Below are positions 59,843 through 64,000 of a DNA stretch of 64,000 nt, piece after piece. Each line of letters opens with the position of its first letter. The stretch's first letter is position 1. The notes under the pieces were generated by a model that saw only the letters and a list, made by a program, of their open reading frames with translations, had not been told where the DNA came from and ran no database searches. Source of the stretch: Basidiobolus meristosporus CBS 931.73 (Eukaryota; Fungi; Basidiobolomycota); assembly GCA_002104905.1 (NCBI GenBank), contig MCFE01000058.1, positions 131,200 to 195,199 of the forward strand, written 5' to 3'. A program made the translations under genes and the position numbers.

Positions 59843-60772
59843 GGGTTAGGGGGGAGACAGTCACCAACAGGTGAAATCTTTATTTCAGTTGAAACAAAGA
59901 AGCCAGCGCTACTGTTGTAGCTTTGATACAAGAGTGTGTAGCTTAGGGGAATTTGTAGGTAAGTTAATAAGAAGTGATGATAGTTCTTCAGTGCTCAAGA
60001 CACTGTTCAGTGGGAAGGGGGGTAGCAAGAGAGGTAAGAATGACTTGTGAACAACATTAATGAGGGGAATGTGATAAGGATTGATATTCATCATAAAGGG
60101 AGTGTGCTGCTGCAGATATTGCTGCCAAAGGTCTGTCAAGTACTTCAGGTAGGCCAGCTTGGGTTTTTCTGACTGCAGAATAAATTCAGCAAACTTCTTG
60201 ACTTCAGGATCTCCAAGAATGGTTCTCCAGCAGGAGCCAGGTGTTGTGTGGTGTGTTCTCTTCCAGGCCTTAATCAGTGGGTTGTTGCAGTTGTGAAGTC
60301 TGAGGTATAATCTGGTTCTTAGGTAGAGAAGTCTGATTTTATAGGGCATAAACCCAAAAGCACCAAGAATAGCATGTCTGTAGGGGCATTCAGGCAAATG
60401 AGGCACCAAGGAGGTAATGCACCATACTGCAAACTTGTCAAGCTTAGTGCAGTCTCTAGAAGTAAGAGAGAGAAGTGGTAAGCCAAATTCCAGGACAGGG
60501 AAGACAAACTGCTTGAGTAGAAGGAGGCAGCTGGGAGCTGAAGTTGTAGGAGGAGTAACAGCCAGTAGCTTGTGGAGTGCCTGTCTTGCTAGGATAATTC
60601 TCTTCTTCAGGTGTGCTCCAGAGTCTAGTCCAGTAGGAAGGAAAGGAAAGCCAAGATATGTAGCAGAAACCTGAGCAGGTAGAGTGGAGTTTTCCAAGTT
60701 GATGGGATTGCCCAAAGGTACTGTCTTTGCAATGGAAAGCTGGAGATTATTCTTCTGCAGATACTGGTGGAT
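59843..60772 (-). mobile_element. LINE copy 2, heavily 5'-truncated (3' ~0.93 kb)
   Basis: Same 3' end; homology stops at TGGTGGATGGT, downstream of the FADD motif. The MVTVSPLT starts in the ORF track are junction artefacts. Confidence 0.93.
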
Positions 60773-60837
60773 GGTTAGGGGGGAGACAGTCACCAACAGG
60801 TGAAATCTTTATTTCAGTTGAAACAAAGAAGCCAGCG

Positions 60838-63606
60838 CTACTGTTGTAGCTTTGATACAAGAGTGTGTAGCTGAGGGGAATTTGTAGGTAAGTTAATAAG
60901 AAGTGATGATAGTTCTTCAGTGCTCAAGACACTGTTCAGTGGGAAGGGGGGTAGCAAGAGAGGTAAGAATGACTTGTGAACAACATTAATGAGGGGAATG
61001 TGATAAGGATTGATATTCATCATAAAGGGAGTGTGCTGCTGCAGATATTGCTGCCAAAGGTCTGTCAAGTACTTCAGGTAGGCCAGCTTGGGTTTTTCTG
61101 ACTGCAGAATAAATTCTGCAAACTTCTTGACTTCAGGATCTCCAAGTATAGTTCTCCAGCAGGAGCCAGGTGTTGTGTGGTGTGTTCTCTTCCAGGCCTT
61201 AATCAGTGGGTTGTTGCAGTGGTGAAGTCTGAGGTATAATCTGGTTCTAAGGTAGAGAAGTCTGATCTTATAGGGCATAAACCCAAAAGCACCAAGAATA
61301 GCATGTCTGTAGGGGCATTCAGGCAAATGAGGCACCAAGGAGGTAATGCACCATACTGCAAACTTGTCAAGCTTAGTGCAGTCTCTAGAAGTAAGAGAGA
61401 GAAGTGGTAAGCCAAATTCCAGTACAGGGAAGACAAACTGCTTGAGTAGAAGAAGGCAGCTGGGAGCTGAAGTTGTAGGAGGAGTAACAGCCAGTAGCTT
61501 GTGGAGTGCCTGTCTTGCCAGGATAATTCTCTTCTTCAGGTGTGCTCCAGAGTCTAGTCCAGTAGGAAGGAAAGGAAAGCCAAGATATGTAGCAGAAACC
61601 TGAGCAGGTAGAGTGGAGTTCTCCAAGTTGATGGGAGAGCCCAAAGGTACTGTCTTTGCAATGGAAAGCTGGAGATTATTCTTCTGCAGATACTGGTGGA
61701 TGGTCTGGGAGTCTTGTTGCACATTGGAGGAGGATATTCTGATGTCATCAGCAAAGAGAGTAACCAGGCAGTCAGCTGAGAGTCTTGGGAAATCATTCAG
61801 GAAGATGGCAAACAGTATAGGACCAAGCACAGAGCCTTGAACCACTCCATTAGGAACTGAGAACACAGCTGATTGCTCACTTGGGTGCAGAATTCTTGCT
61901 TGTGGATCCAGAAACAGGGACCTGACAAGGAGGGTGAGAGAGGTACTGGAGAAGCATTGCAACTTGGACCAAAGCAGATTTCTGTCAACTGAATCAAAGG
62001 CCTTAGTAATATCAAACAGAACTGAGGGATACTTGCACTGGAGAGAGTGATCTTGGCTAAGTATGACTGCATATTCCAAGGAGAGGCCAGGAACAAAGCC
62101 AAACTGTGCAGGATGAAACTTGAGGGAGTCAGAGTAGAGCTCCTGAGCAAGCAGAAGCTCAAACACCTTTCTGCAGGTGGGCAGCAGAGATATTGGCCTG
62201 TAGGAGCTAGGATCCAGGTGCTTTCCTTTACCCTTGTACAGTGGCAGAACATTTGCAAAGGACCATTCCTCAGGAGTAGAAAGCTGGGCTGAGCATTGCT
62301 GAAACAGTGGAAGCAGAAGTGCAGACATGGCCTTGGTACTAGTCTTCAGAAGCTCATAGGAGATTGTGTCCACACCTGGAGCAGTAGAGTTGGGAAGCCT
62401 CTTGAGCACATTATGGATTCTCCTTTGATCAAGTGCAAGTGGGATGGGCAGAGTCTTGAAGTCAGGATGAAAGCCAGGAGTTGAGTACTGCTTTGTAGAG
62501 AAGAAGATGTTAGCCAGCTGTTCTGTTGAAGGTAACTTCCTGGAAGAGGGCCTCATTGCCCTGTAGAGTCTTGATACTGTTCTTGTTATAGAGTTGGAAG
62601 ATTGCAGAGGCAAGGAACTCATAATATGATCCCAGAGCTGAGTATGCAGAGTGTGGTGAATTGCCTTGGAGTGGTGTATTGCTGTCAGGAGGAGTTTCTC
62701 TGTTTTTGGGTTAGGGAAACTCAGGTAGCTTTGTTGCAGGGCTGAAACAATGGATTCCCATTTTCTTGAGGTAACAGCAGTAGTCTTGCATGGCAGTGAG
62801 AGGGAGGCAGACACCAGAATCAGATGCTTCACAAAGAGCCAGGCATAGTTGAGATCATCTGGCAGAGAAAGTAGCAAACTGGCAAGCTTCAAGTAGTTCC
62901 CAAAGTCTTTCTTCTGATTCTTGGTAGCTTTGTGGGTGAGCACAGTAAGTTTTGGCAGCTTCTTCTTCACAACTGGTTGCATAGAAAGGGACCAGGCTGG
63001 GTGGTCAGAGGCTCTCAAGGATCCTAGCTCAGCTCCAGAGAATTGCTTAACTTCATCCACAAAGTAGAGGGCAGCAGCAGAAGGGCAGATCCAGTCAACA
63101 CATCTTTTCTCAGATTGAGCACCTAGTGCTAGCAGATGGCTTTCTCTCAGGAAGTTCAGTAGGAATGTAGACCTTGGCTTCATTCTTGCAGTCAGAGTAG
63201 TCTTGTTCTCAGGATGGGGAATGTTGAGATCTCCAAGCAAGATAATAGGTGTTGATATAGATTGCTGGTATTGCTGAACTTTCTGGCATATAACTTGCAC
63301 TTCCTGAAGGGCAAGACTTGGAGGCAGATAGCAGAGCACCAGACTGATAGTTGGCAACTGGAGAGCAGCACAGTAAGGGGAGTAAAGAGGAACACAGAGC
63401 TGAGGAGTATTGATGGTAGAAGAGATGAAGCAGATAGAGGAGGTATTCTTTGTTCTAGGAGTAGAAAAGCAATATAGATTAGTCAAAAGTATAGAGGGTA
63501 GCTGGACATCAATCAAACACAGGAGGGAAAATCTTGAAAGAAGTCTCTCTAGAGTTGGTCTTGATGGCTGTATGCTGTTGCAGTTAAGCAACAGAACTTC
63601 AGGTAG
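60838..63606 (-). CDS. LINE ORF2 (APE + RT), copy 3; in frame with ORF1 after a single TGA
   Basis: APE about 63591-63001; GVVQGSVLGPILF; FADD at 61755-61744; no RNase H or CCHC knuckle recognised. Confidence 0.92.
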   Translation of the reverse strand, partial: LPEVLLLNCNSIQPSRPTLERLLSRFSLLCLIDVQLPSILLTNLYCFSTPRTKNTSSICFISSTINTPQLCVPLYSPYCAALQLPTISLVLCYLPPSLALQEVQVICQKVQQYQQSISTPIILLGDLNIPHPENKTTLTARMKPRSTFLLNFLRESHLLALGAQSEKRCVDWICPSAAALYFVDEVKQFSGAELGSLRASDHPAWSLSMQPVVKKKLPKLTVLTHKATKNQKKDFGNYLKLASLLLSLPDDLNYAWLFVKHLILVSASLSLPCKTTAVTSRKWESIVSALQQSYLSFPNPKTEKLLLTAIHHSKAIHHTLHTQLWDHIMSSLPLQSSNSITRTVSRLYRAMRPSSRKLPSTEQLANIFFSTKQYSTPGFHPDFKTLPIPLALDQRRIHNVLKRLPNSTAPGVDTISYELLKTSTKAMSALLLPLFQQCSAQLSTPEEWSFANVLPLYKGKGKHLDPSSYRPISLLPTCRKVFELLLAQELYSDSLKFHPAQFGFVPGLSLEYAVILSQDHSLQCKYPSVLFDITKAFDSVDRNLLWSKLQCFSSTSLTLLVRSLFLDPQARILHPSEQSAVFSVPNGVVQGSVLGPILFAIFLNDFPRLSADCLVTLFADDIRISSSNVQQDSQTIHQYLQKNNLQLSIAKTVPLGSPINLENSTLPAQVSATYLGFPFLPTGLDSGAHLKKRIILARQALHKLLAVTPPTTSAPSCLLLLKQFVFPVLEFGLPLLSLTSRDCTKLDKFAVWCITSLVPHLPECPYRHAILGAFGFMPYKIRLLYLRTRLYLRLHHCNNPLIKAWKRTHHTTPGSCWRTILGDPEVKKFAEFILQSEKPKLAYLKYLTDLWQQYLQQHTPFMMNINPYHIPLINVVHKSFLPLLLPPFPLNSVLSTEELSSLLINLPTNSPQLHTLVSKLQQ

Positions 63607-64000
63607 TCAGGCAGAGGTTGTAGCTTCTTCAGAGGCAGCATTGACAATGTGACCTGCAGAGTCCCAGAGCTCTTCAAATGGTGCATCACTTAAGTCAGCA
63701 AGGAGGGAAATGGCATGGTTCTTGAGGAAGTATGCCACATCATAGGAGGGGGCTTGTCTCTTGATGGCAGCAAAGAAAGACAGAATGGCAACATGGGCTG
63801 GAGGCTTGTTGAACAGTAGAGAGTCAGAGGATTCAGATTCTTCAGGCACTATCTTGAAGTCAGTTTTCAGCCAGTTAAGGTTCTTCTCCACAAAGGCAAC
63901 AAATGGGTCAGCAATGTTTTGGTCTAGGATAACCTCCAGAATCTTCCCTTTTCTCCAGGCCAGGTTGACAATTCTTGAGAGCTGAATATTGCATGCCTTG
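63607..64000 (-). CDS. LINE ORF1, C-terminal part (open to window edge)
   Basis: Manual translation KACNIQLSRIVNLAWRKGKILEVILDQNIADPFVAFVEKNLNWLK...EEATTSA-TGA, no stop between 63999 and 63610. Confidence 0.8.
   Translation of the reverse strand, partial: KACNIQLSRIVNLAWRKGKILEVILDQNIADPFVAFVEKNLNWLKTDFKIVPEESESSDSLLFNKPPAHVAILSFFAAIKRQAPSYDVAYFLKNHAISLLADLSDAPFEELWDSAGHIVNAASEEATTSA

Larger units (their letters stand above)
60773..64000 (-). mobile_element. LINE copy 3, apparently intact, 5' part runs off the window
   Basis: Intact ORF2 with canonical RT motifs; ORF1 open to the window edge. Confidence 0.95.

Noticed and set aside
59478-60796. ORFs beginning MVTVSPLT (59478-59867, 59909-60796) as separate genes
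   Set aside because: Their starts come from reading through the 3' UTR/telomere-like junction of the next element into a truncated copy.

Overview
Eukaryotic DNA, most likely fungal (short GT-AG introns with CTAAC/TAAC-like branch points; fungal-type BLM10 and secreted proteins). The window falls into four zones. (1) 1-20.1 kb is AT-rich, mostly CpG-depleted nested transposons: a CACTA-type transposase interrupted by a PIF/Harbinger-like TIR element, which is itself interrupted by a full-length Ty1/copia element, plus further copia pieces. (2) 20.2-35.7 kb is a GC/CpG-rich gene island: an inverted pair of small secreted proteins, an O-fucosyltransferase-like gene, CCDC124/LSO2, an alpha/beta hydrolase, BLM10/PA200 and an ACC-synthase-like aminotransferase. 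(3) 36-54 kb holds tandem secreted-gene arrays and copia debris. These include three 57-aa prepro Cys-rich peptide genes that the ORF track misses, and three near-identical 222-aa secreted proteins each paired with a decaying Gly/Asn-rich ORF. (4) 53.9-64 kb holds five co-oriented, poly(A)-less retroelements (three APE+RT LINE copies and two tRNA-headed SINE-like elements), each ending in a telomere-like (GG)TTAGGG(G)n junction, with one truncated copia between the two SINEs and the other four elements joined head-to-tail. The LINE and SINE share a 3' stem-loop. LINE ORF1 and ORF2 are in frame across one UGA-CUA stop, and the LINE is almost CpG-free. The best candidate for an undescribed system is this putative telomere-associated LINE/SINE pair, followed by the Cys-rich peptide triplet. 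All alignments, counts and splice models were made by eye with no database search. Several apparent frameshifts in G/C runs look like assembly homopolymer errors.
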